Assembly: GCA_013287275.1 (NCBI GenBank)
Contig: JABDED010000003.1
Location: 11,225-75,224 of the forward strand
Length of the DNA: 64,000 nt
Reading direction: 5' to 3'
Source: Betaproteobacteria bacterium
GTDB taxonomy: Bacteria > Pseudomonadota > Gammaproteobacteria > Burkholderiales > Burkholderiaceae_D
Each line of letters starts with the position of its first letter. The first letter of the stretch is position 1. The position numbers and the translations under genes were made by a program. Shown here piece after piece: positions 51,200 through 61,469 of the stretch. The notes beneath the pieces were generated by a model. That model did no database searches, was not told the origin of the DNA, and worked only from the letters and a program-made list of their open reading frames with translations.

Positions 51200-52606
51200 T
51201 TATCCGTGCAGCGTGCGCGCCGCCGCTTCGTAGAAATACTTCGCGTCCAGAGTGAAATATTTATAGCCCTTCAGGCTGGCCGAATGCTTGAGCGCGGGGT
51301 CCGGCCAGGCCTCAAACGCATGCAGGGCCTCGCCATATTTCTTGTCGACCTGGATCAGTGCCTTGCAAAAATTTTCATCCACCAGCACCACGTCGGCATT
51401 GCGCGGCGCATGCGCGACCATCTTGGCGGAGCGGTTGACGCAGGGGCCCATGACGGTCGGCACCTGGAACTGGCGCGGCCCGATATTGGTGGAAATCACC
51501 GGCCCCAGCGCTATCGATATCCTCAGCTTGATCGCGGCAGCGCCATCCTTGGACAGCGCATTCCAGCGCAGGGCCTTGAATTCTTCAAAATGATCAAGCA
51601 GGTCGGCCGCCGCACATACCGACCTATAGGCCGGATTGCTGGTGGGCAGGCGGGTGTCGATGCCGCCGTAATGGAAGCGCAGCATCGTTCCATCGCCGTT
51701 AAACCTCTCCACCACCGCTGCAAAGGGCGCAATGCGCTTATACACTTGCTCGTTGAAACGGCTGATCAGGCGTACCGCTTCAATCAAGGGCAAAGCGCCG
51801 TAAAGCGTCGATGAGCCCGTCAGATCCAGGTGCATGATGACTGCGTTTTCCAGATTGAGCTCGCCCTGTAGGCCGAGGAAGCGCATTGCATCGGGACTGG
51901 TCAGGAACAGATGCGTGTCCTGGACCATCCGCGCACCGGATTCCGTCGCCAGCCATTGCGTCATCGCGCGCACATCCTCGTCGCTGAAACCGCGCACATC
52001 GAGCCTGTCGGTATCAGCCACCATCTTGTTGAACACCTGCAGCACGCCCACTTGCCGCCCCTGCCAGGATACCGGCAGCGCCAGGGCCTGGTAAGGTACG
52101 AATTTGGAATACTTGTCGTAGGACACGACATGCCGCACATCGCTTTGCAGTTCGTTGGTCCACAAGGGACCGGCATTGGTCCAGCAAGCGCCGACGATGG
52201 TCCAGGCTTCCACCAGCTTGATCTTCAGGATGGCCTCGGTCGCCGCCGGGTCGACATTGTAGACGGCAACAAAGGCGAAGCCGCGCGGCGACTCGGCGCC
52301 GTCATCGCGCGCATTGAATACCGGGATATACAGGGACGCGGCCTGCACATGGAAATCGCGCGCCAGTTGCTCCACCGCGTCGGTCAGCTGCCGGCGTAGC
52401 CTGGCGAGGTCGAATTGCAAAGGGATAGGGTTGTCGGCGGCAGCCTTGGCGTGCTGCTCCGCCTTCAGCAGTTCTGCGCGTATGCGGGCAATCTCGGCGT
52501 CCTTGCCCTCCACGACTTTGCCGTGATACAGCTTGGCGATAGTGCCCAGCGCCCCGACTCCAAGCAGGGAACCCGCCAGCTTCAAGCCTTCAATCCAGTC
52601 GCTCAT
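51200..52606 (-). CDS. TM-coiled coil-GAF-class III nucleotide cyclase domain protein
   Basis: N-terminal hydrophobic helix; GAF-like LALPV...VGVLQVFNK...GFSDED; cyclase DLTGSS, FNGDG, GPCVN; SD gggag before ATG 52606. Confidence 0.8.
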   Translation of the reverse strand: MSDWIEGLKLAGSLLGVGALGTIAKLYHGKVVEGKDAEIARIRAELLKAEQHAKAAADNPIPLQFDLARLRRQLTDAVEQLARDFHVQAASLYIPVFNARDDGAESPRGFAFVAVYNVDPAATEAILKIKLVEAWTIVGACWTNAGPLWTNELQSDVRHVVSYDKYSKFVPYQALALPVSWQGRQVGVLQVFNKMVADTDRLDVRGFSDEDVRAMTQWLATESGARMVQDTHLFLTSPDAMRFLGLQGELNLENAVIMHLDLTGSSTLYGALPLIEAVRLISRFNEQVYKRIAPFAAVVERFNGDGTMLRFHYGGIDTRLPTSNPAYRSVCAAADLLDHFEEFKALRWNALSKDGAAAIKLRISIALGPVISTNIGPRQFQVPTVMGPCVNRSAKMVAHAPRNADVVLVDENFCKALIQVDKKYGEALHAFEAWPDPALKHSASLKGYKYFTLDAKYFYEAAARTLHG

Positions 52607-52952
52607 CGATAGCTCCCCGATCAAGCCCCGCCCGCACCAGCAGGCCCGCACGCCATCAAAAAGACAGGCAGTAAGGTGAATTTTGCGCCAGATTTGTCCG
52701 TTTGTCATCTTTTCAGCGATGCAGGGAACGAATTGTCGGCAGCGTTCAATCTCAATGAACAAATTGTTGTGCCGACTTTGCTCCTTCGGTAAGCATCAAT
52801 GGCACCTAAGGCACGTGCCAGTTTTTTATAGACGGTTTCACTGTTCTTGCTTATCCTTACCAAGGTGAAAATTCCGCGCAGCTCCTGGCTTTGGATTTTT
52901 ACTCCCCCAGATTCTTCCCTTCCAACAAGATATTCTTCGTTTTGGAGATCAG

Positions 52953-54503
52953 ATGAAATCGTCTATTGCCGCCCTCACGGCGACTCTCGCCTCAGTGTTG
53001 GTCCCGCCCCTGTGCCTTGCTGAACTTCCAAACGGTTTGAGTGAAAGTGCAATCCGGTCTGCGGCAGTGGCGTCTTTTCCGGAATACCTTGAATTTCTCA
53101 CCCTGCCCAATGACGCCATGGTGAAGGGGGACGATATCAAGAAAAATGCCGCCTGGTTAGAGACGGCGCTGCAAAAAAGGGGGTTTAAGACGCACCAGTT
53201 TGCCAATGACGGCAAGCCACTGGTATTGGCTGAATACCCTTCAGACTCGTCAAAGAAGACGATCCTGTTCTATATGCATTTCGACGGCCAGCCGGTTATC
53301 CCCTCACAGTGGTCGCAAGCCAGCCCATGGCAGCCAGTCCTGAAAAAGAAAGGCGTGGATGGCAAATGGCAAGTGCTTGACATGCAGCAGCTGATGCATG
53401 CCGATTTTGACCCCGAACTGCGGGTGTTCGCGCGTTCTTCGTCGGACGACAAAGGCCCTATCATGATGTTCATGGGCGCCATGGATCTCTTGAAACAGCA
53501 AGGCCTGTCCCCCGCGATCAATATCAAACTGATCCTGGATAGCGAGGAAGAAATCAATTCACCCGGCATTGCCGCTGCTGTGCACCAGAACAGCGATTTC
53601 CTGCATGCCGATGCGCTGGTCATCCATGACGCCGCCGCGCATATCAGCGGCCGACCAACCGCCATGTTCGGCAATCGCGGCGTACAAACCTTGACGCTCA
53701 CCGTCTACGGCCCCAAGGCTCCGCTGCACAGCGGACACTACGGCAATTACGTCCCCAACCCTGCCTTCAATCTCGGCCGCTTGCTAGGTGCAATGAAAGA
53801 CGCCCAAGGACGCGTCACCATCCCCGGTTACTATGCCACGACCAAATTCAGTGCCGACGACCGGAAGATTTTCGCTGACAGCGGTGACGATGAGCCGGCT
53901 TTGCAGCGCAGGGTCGGCATCTCTCGCAGCGACCAAATAGGGAAAAATTATCAGGAGTCCTTGCAATATCCTTCCCTCAATGTACGCGGCCTGGCTGCGG
54001 GCGGCGTGGGCAAGCAAGCCGCCAACATCATCCCCAAAGAGGCGATTGCCGAAATAGACATCCGGACGACGACAGACGCCAACGGGAAATATCTTACCGG
54101 GCTGATTCGGAAATTCATCGAAAAGCAAGGCTTTACCTTGGTAGACCACGAACCGACTGACAGCGACCGCCAACGCTCTCCCCTGCTGGCTCAGTTACAG
54201 GAGGGCTTGCCGGCCGAAGCTGCACGCCAGCCGATGAATTCACCCGTCCGTTATTGGGTAGAGAAGGCATTGAACGCGGCCTTCCAGGGTGAAGCAGGCA
54301 ATTTGAAGCCGGTCATGATCCGGGCGATGGGCGCCACCGTACCCACCGCCGAAATCGTGGAGCCCCTCAAACTGCCCTTCGTCCTGGTGCCGGTGGTCAA
54401 TCCGGATAACAATCAGCACACCTATGATGAGAATTTAAGAATGGGCAATTATCTGTTCGGCATGCGCAATATGCTGGGTCTGTTGACCACGCCCTTTCAG
54501 TAA
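52953..54503 (+). CDS. Exported M20/M25/M40 metallopeptidase (ArgE/DapE-like)
   Basis: Signal peptide, HFDGQP, RSSSDDKGP, SEEE, LHSGHYG, NQHTYDEN. Confidence 0.88.
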   Translation: MKSSIAALTATLASVLVPPLCLAELPNGLSESAIRSAAVASFPEYLEFLTLPNDAMVKGDDIKKNAAWLETALQKRGFKTHQFANDGKPLVLAEYPSDSSKKTILFYMHFDGQPVIPSQWSQASPWQPVLKKKGVDGKWQVLDMQQLMHADFDPELRVFARSSSDDKGPIMMFMGAMDLLKQQGLSPAINIKLILDSEEEINSPGIAAAVHQNSDFLHADALVIHDAAAHISGRPTAMFGNRGVQTLTLTVYGPKAPLHSGHYGNYVPNPAFNLGRLLGAMKDAQGRVTIPGYYATTKFSADDRKIFADSGDDEPALQRRVGISRSDQIGKNYQESLQYPSLNVRGLAAGGVGKQAANIIPKEAIAEIDIRTTTDANGKYLTGLIRKFIEKQGFTLVDHEPTDSDRQRSPLLAQLQEGLPAEAARQPMNSPVRYWVEKALNAAFQGEAGNLKPVMIRAMGATVPTAEIVEPLKLPFVLVPVVNPDNNQHTYDENLRMGNYLFGMRNMLGLLTTPFQ

Positions 54504-54556
54504 GCGGGGGCGTGCGCCGGGGACTGGACCGCACATGCCTCGGACGCGCTGCTCTA

Positions 54557-55333
54557 TCAGCTTGTAATCAGCTGCTGTCCGCTATATCCCATGCTGGCCG
54601 ACAAGTGCTGCGCGTGTCCTAGTGCCAGTTCGACCAGCTTGGGCACATCCTCATCGCTGATACGGCTGGCGGGGCCGGCAATACCGAGCGAGGCAACCAC
54701 TTCGCCGGTGTGGTCGCGTACCGGAGCTGCCACTGCCACCGCGCCGGGCGACATTTCCGCTATGGAAACGGCGTAACCCAGCTTGACGATCTTGGACAGC
54801 TCCTGTGCCAGCTTGCTGCGCTGGGTGATGGTTTCATCCGTATAGCGCGCCAGCGTACTGCTGAGCACGGCCTGCCGCACCTCTTCCGGCGCAAACGCCA
54901 GCAAGACCTTGCCCGAGGCGCCGGCGTGCAACGGGCGGCGGTTGCCTACATTGCCATGCACACGCACGGCCTGCGTAGACTCCCAGCGCGCGACGCACAC
55001 GGTTTCCAGGCCGTCGCGCACGCGCAACTGCACGTTTTCATTGCATTTGGCGCCGATCTCACGCAATTCGCTGCCGGCAATGCGCACCAGGCCTACCTGT
55101 TCCTGCGCGGCCACCCCCAGGTAAAGCGCCTTGTAGCCGAGGCTGTACAGCGAGGCCTGCGGATCCTTATGCACCATGCCGCGTTGCTCCAGCGTATATA
55201 GCAAGCGGAAGGTGCGTGCCTTGGTGTTGCCGGAGCGTTCAGCCAGCTCCGTAACGCCCAGGCCGGGATTCTGCGCCACCAGCAGCATTAGTGCCAGCGC
55301 TTCATCGACGGCAGCTACCGTATAGTCAGCCAT
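54557..55333 (-). CDS. IclR family regulator
   Basis: LGVTELAER...TFRLL.TL HTH; PLHAGASGKVLLA, AVAAPVRD. Confidence 0.93.
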   Translation of the reverse strand: MADYTVAAVDEALALMLLVAQNPGLGVTELAERSGNTKARTFRLLYTLEQRGMVHKDPQASLYSLGYKALYLGVAAQEQVGLVRIAGSELREIGAKCNENVQLRVRDGLETVCVARWESTQAVRVHGNVGNRRPLHAGASGKVLLAFAPEEVRQAVLSSTLARYTDETITQRSKLAQELSKIVKLGYAVSIAEMSPGAVAVAAPVRDHTGEVVASLGIAGPASRISDEDVPKLVELALGHAQHLSASMGYSGQQLITS

Positions 55334-55432
55334 GTTTCCCTATCGTTTTATAAGTCGTAAAAGCGGTGAATCGTAGTGTAACCCTGCCGGAACAGCGCGC
55401 CATGCTCCAGTTGCCGGCCGGGCGGGACGGAC

Positions 55433-56278
55433 TTATATGCCGGCGCGCACATAGCCGGCAATGCGTGCTGATAATTGGGTCAGCTTATCCTGCAGGTCAA
55501 AAAACCCAGCGTTGGGCGTAAAGCGTTCTTCATCCATATACAGCCGCCGGTTGATTTCTATCTGTATGCTGTGCCGCTGCTGCGCAGGCGCGGCATAGGC
55601 ACTTACCAGTTCCGCGCCCTTGTACGGATCGTTGATTTTAACGGAATAGCCCAGCTCGCGCACCTGCTGCGCTATCCAGGAAGTGAATTGAGGATCGGCG
55701 CTGCTGCCATTGCGGTCGCTAACCACAAAATCCGGCCTGGGCGCGCCGGCATCAATGTTCATGGCGTTGCCTACCGATTTCATCGAGTGGCAGTCAATGT
55801 GCCATACCTTGCCGAAGCGGGCGTGCAGGACATCGAGCCGCTCGCGCAAGGTCTCATGATAGGGGATGTAGTAATCTTGCAGCCGCGCTTGCACCTCGGC
55901 CACACTCAGCTTGCGGTCATACATGGGTACGCCCGGCAGGGCCAGGCGCCTGATCAGGCCCATGCCCGCCTTGCTCTTCTCTGAAGTCTCCAGTTTTCCT
56001 GGCCATGGCTGATCCAGCAACACGGGATCGATGTCGTAGCGGCTGCGGTTGAGGTCGATATAGGTGCGATGAAAATGCGCCGCCAATAGCGCAGCGCCAT
56101 GGGCCAGGGCGCCGCTCCAGAGTTCGTCGATGAAGGCATCGCAGGCGCTCATCAGCGCTTTGGGCGGGGCAACGCACTGCATGTCCAGCGGCAGATCCGT
56201 GCCGCTGTGCGGGGAATCGAATACCAGCGGCAGCGCACTGGCGGGATCGGGTAGTTTCCAGGTGTAGGGTAAGCTCAT
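55433..56278 (-). CDS. N-formylglutamate amidohydrolase family protein
   Basis: DSPHSG, R.YIDLNR, YY.PYH, DCHSM, N.PYKG, QIEINR.LY. Confidence 0.9.
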   Translation of the reverse strand: MSLPYTWKLPDPASALPLVFDSPHSGTDLPLDMQCVAPPKALMSACDAFIDELWSGALAHGAALLAAHFHRTYIDLNRSRYDIDPVLLDQPWPGKLETSEKSKAGMGLIRRLALPGVPMYDRKLSVAEVQARLQDYYIPYHETLRERLDVLHARFGKVWHIDCHSMKSVGNAMNIDAGAPRPDFVVSDRNGSSADPQFTSWIAQQVRELGYSVKINDPYKGAELVSAYAAPAQQRHSIQIEINRRLYMDEERFTPNAGFFDLQDKLTQLSARIAGYVRAGI

Positions 56279-56293
56279 TGTAGGTCTCTTGAT

Positions 56294-57712
56294 TCAATAG
56301 CCGATCTGGACGGCGACGACCATCATCACCATCGACAACGCGGTCAGTATGCAGAACAGCGGCAGGATAAAGCGCAGCCAGGCGGAGAAAGATACCCGGC
56401 CGGTCGCCAGGTAGGCCAGCAGCATGCCGGAAGTAGGCGTCACCATGTTGGTCAAGCCGTTGCCAAACAGAAAAGCCAGCACCACGGTTTGTCCGCTTAT
56501 GCCGGCGAGATGGCCGATCGGTCCCAGGATGGGCATACTGATCGCCGCCTTGCCTGAAGTGGATGGAATCAGCACGTCCAGCACCATCTCTACCGCTACC
56601 ATGCCTTGCGCAGCCAGGGACGGCGAATGCCCTTCCACCAGCGAAGCAAGCTGGTAAATCACGGTATCCAGCACACGGCTCTCATCCAGTATGATCTCGA
56701 CTGCCTTGGCCAGACCGATCAGCAAGCCGCCCAGCATCATGCCCTTCATTCCCTCAATAAAGGCTTCCGATGCTTCGCGGGCGGACATGCGTGCGATGAC
56801 CGCGATCAGCATGCCCACAAAGATGTAGTAGGCGCCCAATTGCGGGTTACCCCAGTGGGAGCGGCTGGTGCCAAGCACGAGTCCGGCTACGCTGGCGCCC
56901 AGCACCGCCAGGACCAGTACATGGCGGGTTGACAGCTTGCTTCCGTAATCGAGGTCGGCGGGAATGGTATATCCGGTTTTTTTGACATGCAGCAGCAAAT
57001 AGGCGATACCGATGACCAGGTAGAGCACGAATATCGCTGCCCGCAAGCCGGCGCCGCTCAGCGGCGGCACTTGCACCAGGGGCTGCGCCACCAGCAGTGC
57101 CAGCGGATTGGTCACAGACGCCAGGTAGCCGATCTTGGCGGCGATGGCAACCAGCGCCGTCGCAAATAGGGGACGCAGGCGCAGTCTTTCCGCCAGCATC
57201 AAGACCATGGGGATGATGACCAGGTATTCCGAGATCAAGCCGAGAAAGGTGCTGCCGCAGGCAATGGCGAACATCAGTATCGGCGCCAACGCATAGACAT
57301 TGCCGCGCGTGAGCGCCAGCAAGCGGTCTATGCCGGCATCGAGTGCTCCGGTTTTGCGCAATACGCCGAACATGCCGCCAATGAACATCACCATGAAGAC
57401 CAGCGAAGCGGACTTGACCAGGCCGTTAGGGATGGCGACCATGGCGGACACCACGCTGGCCGGATAAGCCTTGCCACCGTCGCTCTTGGCCGGCGCCGGT
57501 TCAAACAGGCTGTGCAGGTCCCTTGTCTTGTCCAGGGTCTTGTAGGTGCCGGGCACTACCATGTGGCCGCTGCGCTGGAACTCGCCGGAGTCGAGCACAT
57601 AGGTCAGGCCTGCAGCAACCAGAATGATCAGGAGCATCATCATGATCGGGTGCGGCATGCGGCTTTTTACATGCACGTCCTTTATCGGCAATGTTTCGGT
57701 TTGTTGGTTCAT
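56294..57712 (-). CDS. YfcC/DcuC-like (ArcD-type) transporter
   Basis: MPH, GGMFGV...TGALD.G, IPSTSGKA, GNGLTN...PTSG. Confidence 0.82.
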   Translation of the reverse strand: MNQQTETLPIKDVHVKSRMPHPIMMMLLIILVAAGLTYVLDSGEFQRSGHMVVPGTYKTLDKTRDLHSLFEPAPAKSDGGKAYPASVVSAMVAIPNGLVKSASLVFMVMFIGGMFGVLRKTGALDAGIDRLLALTRGNVYALAPILMFAIACGSTFLGLISEYLVIIPMVLMLAERLRLRPLFATALVAIAAKIGYLASVTNPLALLVAQPLVQVPPLSGAGLRAAIFVLYLVIGIAYLLLHVKKTGYTIPADLDYGSKLSTRHVLVLAVLGASVAGLVLGTSRSHWGNPQLGAYYIFVGMLIAVIARMSAREASEAFIEGMKGMMLGGLLIGLAKAVEIILDESRVLDTVIYQLASLVEGHSPSLAAQGMVAVEMVLDVLIPSTSGKAAISMPILGPIGHLAGISGQTVVLAFLFGNGLTNMVTPTSGMLLAYLATGRVSFSAWLRFILPLFCILTALSMVMMVVAVQIGY

Positions 57713-57788
57713 CCTTATCTGTCTCCTGTCTTCGATGCCGTCTATTTTGAGCACTGGGAATAAGTGTTTATCGCTCGCATGATATTAA

Positions 57789-58018
57789 GTTTCACTGAAT
57801 AAAACAACATATTTATCTAAAAATAGACATTGAAATGCATTTTTAAAATATTTTACGTATGCATAGCTTTGCATTATCTTCCTAATAAAATAAGTACATC
57901 ATTGATTATATTGGAGTTTTTTTCGAGAACAACAGTAATGAGACAGTCTGTTTGACAGTTTTAACAAACCAACATACTATCGTATCAACTGGTGAATTTT
58001 TGTTTTATTAGATGAAAC
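57789..58018. promoter_or_regulatory. Two candidate IclR-type operators in the YfcC/porin divergent promoter
   Basis: gtttcactgaataaaac (57789-57805) and gttttattagatgaaac (58002-58018; reverse complement gtttcatctaataaaac). Confidence 0.55.
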
Positions 58019-58126
58019 AATATTTCATCACGCATATCAGGCAAGCCGGCCCGATACGCGTGAAACAACAATAGCGACGAACCAGCCAACAAATTCGATG
58101 GCAATATCAAACTTGAGGAGAGCAAG

Positions 58127-59341
58127 ATGAAGAAAAAAACGCTGGCCCTGGCCACAATCGCGGCTTTTGCAACAGCCTACGCCGAAGCCCAGAGCAGTGT
58201 TGTGATCTATGGGATCCTGGATACCGGGATGTCGTATGCCAACAAGATCGCCGCCCCGACCAGCGCCGCCCCCAGGGCGACGGGCGGCAAATGGACGCTG
58301 GATTCCGGCACTGTCCAGCAATCGCGCTTCGGCTTTCGGGATACAGAAGACCTGGGCGGCGGCCTGAAGGCATTCTTTAACCTGGAGGGCGGCTTTTCTG
58401 TCGATAGCGGCGCGTCCGGCCAGGGCGGCTTGACATTCGGCCGCACCTCGGTGGTCGGCCTCGCCGGCGACTTTGGTTCGGTGCAGTTGGGACGCCGCAA
58501 GGACTATACGGACGATATCTCGTCCAAATACTCCAGCGTGGACGACTATGGCGTCTTTGGCAACGGCGTGCATGACAACAACCTGGACCGCTACGGCGGC
58601 AACCGATCCAATAACCAGATCCGTTACGACACGCCCGATTTCAATGGCTTGAAATTGAATGCCATGTATGCTTTCGGCGAAACGGCAGGCTCTATTTCTA
58701 CCGGCCAGTCATTCGGATTCGGCGCCAATTACAAGAATGCCGGATTCGGCGTGGGCTTAGGCTATTTTCAGGCGAAGCTGGGCACGCTGGTTGGCGGCGT
58801 GAATTCCAGCAGCGACCAGGGAGCCGGCAGCGCCGCCGCTTGCGCGCCCAGCTTTGGCACGCCAGGCGATACTTGCCTGAAAACCTGGGTCATCGGTTCC
58901 AGCTACACAATCGACAAGCTCAAGCTGCGCGGCACGCTGTCTCAAGTGCGCCAGCCGCTGGCGGTGGCAGGAGCGGCGGCGCCGAATTTTACAGCCAAAT
59001 TCACCGGTGCTGCCGGCTCGGCTGCGTTTGCCGCGGGCGGCTCCAACAATGACAAGACCAACATCGCCGACCTGGGTCTGGACTGCAGCCTGGATGGCGG
59101 TTTGACAGTGACGGGAAGCTTGCTGCAGTCCCGCTATGACTTTGTCGGCAGCAGTGTAAAAGGCCGGCTGACCCAGGTCATCCTGGGGCTAGACTACCGC
59201 TTGTCCAAGCGTACCGACCTCTACACCTTTGCCAGCAGCCTGCGCGCATCCGACATGTACAGCCCAGGCATCATAGGCGGAGCACCGGGGGCAAACAATA
59301 GCAGTGTCGCCATGACTGCTGGCATTCGCCACCTGTTTTAA
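58127..59341 (+). CDS. Betaproteobacterial (Neisseria/Burkholderia-type) porin
   Basis: AQSSV.IYG..D.G, SRFGFR..EDLGGGLKA.F.LE.G, YRLSKRT, C-terminal GIRHLF. Confidence 0.93.
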   Translation: MKKKTLALATIAAFATAYAEAQSSVVIYGILDTGMSYANKIAAPTSAAPRATGGKWTLDSGTVQQSRFGFRDTEDLGGGLKAFFNLEGGFSVDSGASGQGGLTFGRTSVVGLAGDFGSVQLGRRKDYTDDISSKYSSVDDYGVFGNGVHDNNLDRYGGNRSNNQIRYDTPDFNGLKLNAMYAFGETAGSISTGQSFGFGANYKNAGFGVGLGYFQAKLGTLVGGVNSSSDQGAGSAAACAPSFGTPGDTCLKTWVIGSSYTIDKLKLRGTLSQVRQPLAVAGAAAPNFTAKFTGAAGSAAFAAGGSNNDKTNIADLGLDCSLDGGLTVTGSLLQSRYDFVGSSVKGRLTQVILGLDYRLSKRTDLYTFASSLRASDMYSPGIIGGAPGANNSSVAMTAGIRHLF

Positions 59342-59404
59342 TCCCTAGCCTTGTCGCTTGCCATTATCTTGGCAGCACGCGCTTATGCGGACGAAACTCG
59401 CTGT

Positions 59405-59441
59405 CCCCGCTACAACGATGCAATGCATCGTTGTAGCGGGG
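59405..59441. terminator. Long perfect palindrome after the porin gene (probable terminator)
   Basis: ccccgctacaacgatgca-a-tgcatcgttgtagcgggg, 18-bp arms. Confidence 0.5.
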
Positions 59442-59786
59442 TGTCTTTTGCGAGAGGCGACGAACGTTTGTACTGGCAATGCTAAGGGTTTCGCTTGCAA
59501 TTGCAAGTGCCGCTTCCTTACCTTGCAACTGGCAGCGCGGAATTTGGACAGTGAATACGATTTGCTTGATCATTGTTTGTCACTCTGACTATCAGTCGAC
59601 TTTGAAAATGGCGTATGCGGTACAAAGCAAATATTGACTTTCCCGCCCAGGCAGGCGAGCGAGGAAATGTACGATGCGAACAACCCAACTATAAAGGGGT
59701 TGAACGGTGTCCGTTGTCAATTGGATAGAATGAACGCCGTCAAAATTGGACGGCGTATTGTATCGGATGTCTAACCCGGAGATACT

Positions 59787-61421
59787 ATGCGGCTTTCAAT
59801 CAAGGGCAAGTTGATGGCGATCGTAGCCGTCATGTTATCGCTGGCGATTTTTGCGGGTGCTATGGGCATATACGGGATGACCGTAGCAAATGGCAGTTTG
59901 CGCGAAAGCCACGAAAAGCAACTGGCCTCAGTTGTTTTGGTGAATCGAGCGGCTACCGCCGTTGGTAGCGTACGTTTGAATCTCGACCGTGCGCTTCTGC
60001 ATCCGGACGCGGATGACGTACCGCGTCTCATGAAACGCACCGAACAACTTCTGGCAGAATCGGATGCCGCTTGGGAAGCTTATCGTAAGTTGCCGCTCTT
60101 TCCCGGCGAAGAAGAGCTTGCCAAGGAGGTGAGCGAGAGTCGCGAAAAGTTGATGCGCGCCACACTGCTTCCCCTGATCAAGGCACTCGGCAATCATGAC
60201 AGGGAGGCGACGGAGGTCATGGAGAAGGCAGTCGTGTCTCCGTTTCATGCCTACCGTGTTGCATCCGACAAGCTCGCCGAATTTCAGGAGAGGGCCGCGG
60301 AGAGCGCGTTTGGAGCCGCTACCCGGCGACTAGAACAAATGATCTACCTTTCGCTGGGAGGCCTCGCATTTGGGGTGTGCTGCTCTGTTTATTGCTTGAG
60401 CATGTTGCGCCGTAGTATTGCAAATCCTCTTTCCATCGCAGTCTGCCATGTAAAATCAATAGGTACTGGCGATTTGCGATCACCGATCGATTTTACGTCC
60501 CGGGACGAAATCGGATCTTTGATGGACGCTTTGCGGTTCATGCAGGCCAGTCTCGCAGACACCGTGGCTGGCGTGCGAAATGGAGCCGATTCAGTTGCAC
60601 TAGCAACGGCGGAGATTGCGGATGGAAACACCGACTTGTCCGAGAGGACGCAATCGCAAGCCGCTTCAATTGAACGGACGGCCGCTGCGGTTGAAGAAAT
60701 TACCGCTTCTCTCGAGCAGACTTCCGAAAATACTGCGTTGGCCGGAAAGCTTGTGACCGAAGCGGTAATCCTGGCGGAAGCAAATGGGAAAGCCTTCGAC
60801 AAAATCACGGAAAACATGCTCGCAATCGACAAGAGCGCTACAAGAATTACGGAAATCATCACCGTCATCGAAGGAATTGCATTTCAGACCAACATATTGG
60901 CCTTGAACGCTGCTGTGGAGGCCGCGCGGGCCGGTGAGCATGGTCGCGGGTTCGCCGTTGTAGCTTCAGAAGTACGAACGCTCGCCAGCCGAAGTTCACA
61001 GGCAGCGAAAGAAATTGCGACCTTGTTGTCGGAGTCGGAGAGCTACGCGAAGGAAGGAACACGCTTGGTCTCTGTAACGACTAAAACAATGTCGAGTGTC
61101 GGCCATTCGATTTCCCGTGTTGCAGAAATCGTAAGCGAAATCGACACCGCCGCAACACATCAAGCCAAAGGTATCAAGCTCGTGAACGGCGCGATAGTAG
61201 AAATTGATATGGCAACACAACAAAACGCGGCACTGGTTGAAGAGGCTGCTGCCGCCGCAGAGAATTTGCGCGACGAGGCTGACCGTCTTCGCAACCTCAC
61301 CAAGGCATTTCAAATTGAATCAGAACCGGTCCTGGTTCGTCAACGAATAGAAATGCCACGTCATGGGGTTAGCGTCCGTAGTTCAACTCCGGCAGTCCTA
61401 CGGGCAGTTGCTTTTAAATAG
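59787..61421 (+). CDS. Methyl-accepting chemotaxis protein (4HB sensor, HAMP)
   Basis: Two TM, GDL...[44 protein letters not shown]. Confidence 0.95.
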   Translation: MRLSIKGKLMAIVAVMLSLAIFAGAMGIYGMTVANGSLRESHEKQLASVVLVNRAATAVGSVRLNLDRALLHPDADDVPRLMKRTEQLLAESDAAWEAYRKLPLFPGEEELAKEVSESREKLMRATLLPLIKALGNHDREATEVMEKAVVSPFHAYRVASDKLAEFQERAAESAFGAATRRLEQMIYLSLGGLAFGVCCSVYCLSMLRRSIANPLSIAVCHVKSIGTGDLRSPIDFTSRDEIGSLMDALRFMQASLADTVAGVRNGADSVALATAEIADGNTDLSERTQSQAASIERTAAAVEEITASLEQTSENTALAGKLVTEAVILAEANGKAFDKITENMLAIDKSATRITEIITVIEGIAFQTNILALNAAVEAARAGEHGRGFAVVASEVRTLASRSSQAAKEIATLLSESESYAKEGTRLVSVTTKTMSSVGHSISRVAEIVSEIDTAATHQAKGIKLVNGAIVEIDMATQQNAALVEEAAAAAENLRDEADRLRNLTKAFQIESEPVLVRQRIEMPRHGVSVRSSTPAVLRAVAFK

Positions 61422-61469
61422 CTGCGGTCGTCATGCGGTCGCTGAATTAATGAACGTACGGAGAAGTCG

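Noticed and set aside
51200-52606. Complete Pycsar defence system
   Set aside because: No PycTIR or PycTM effector is adjacent, and the TM-GAF architecture is signalling-like
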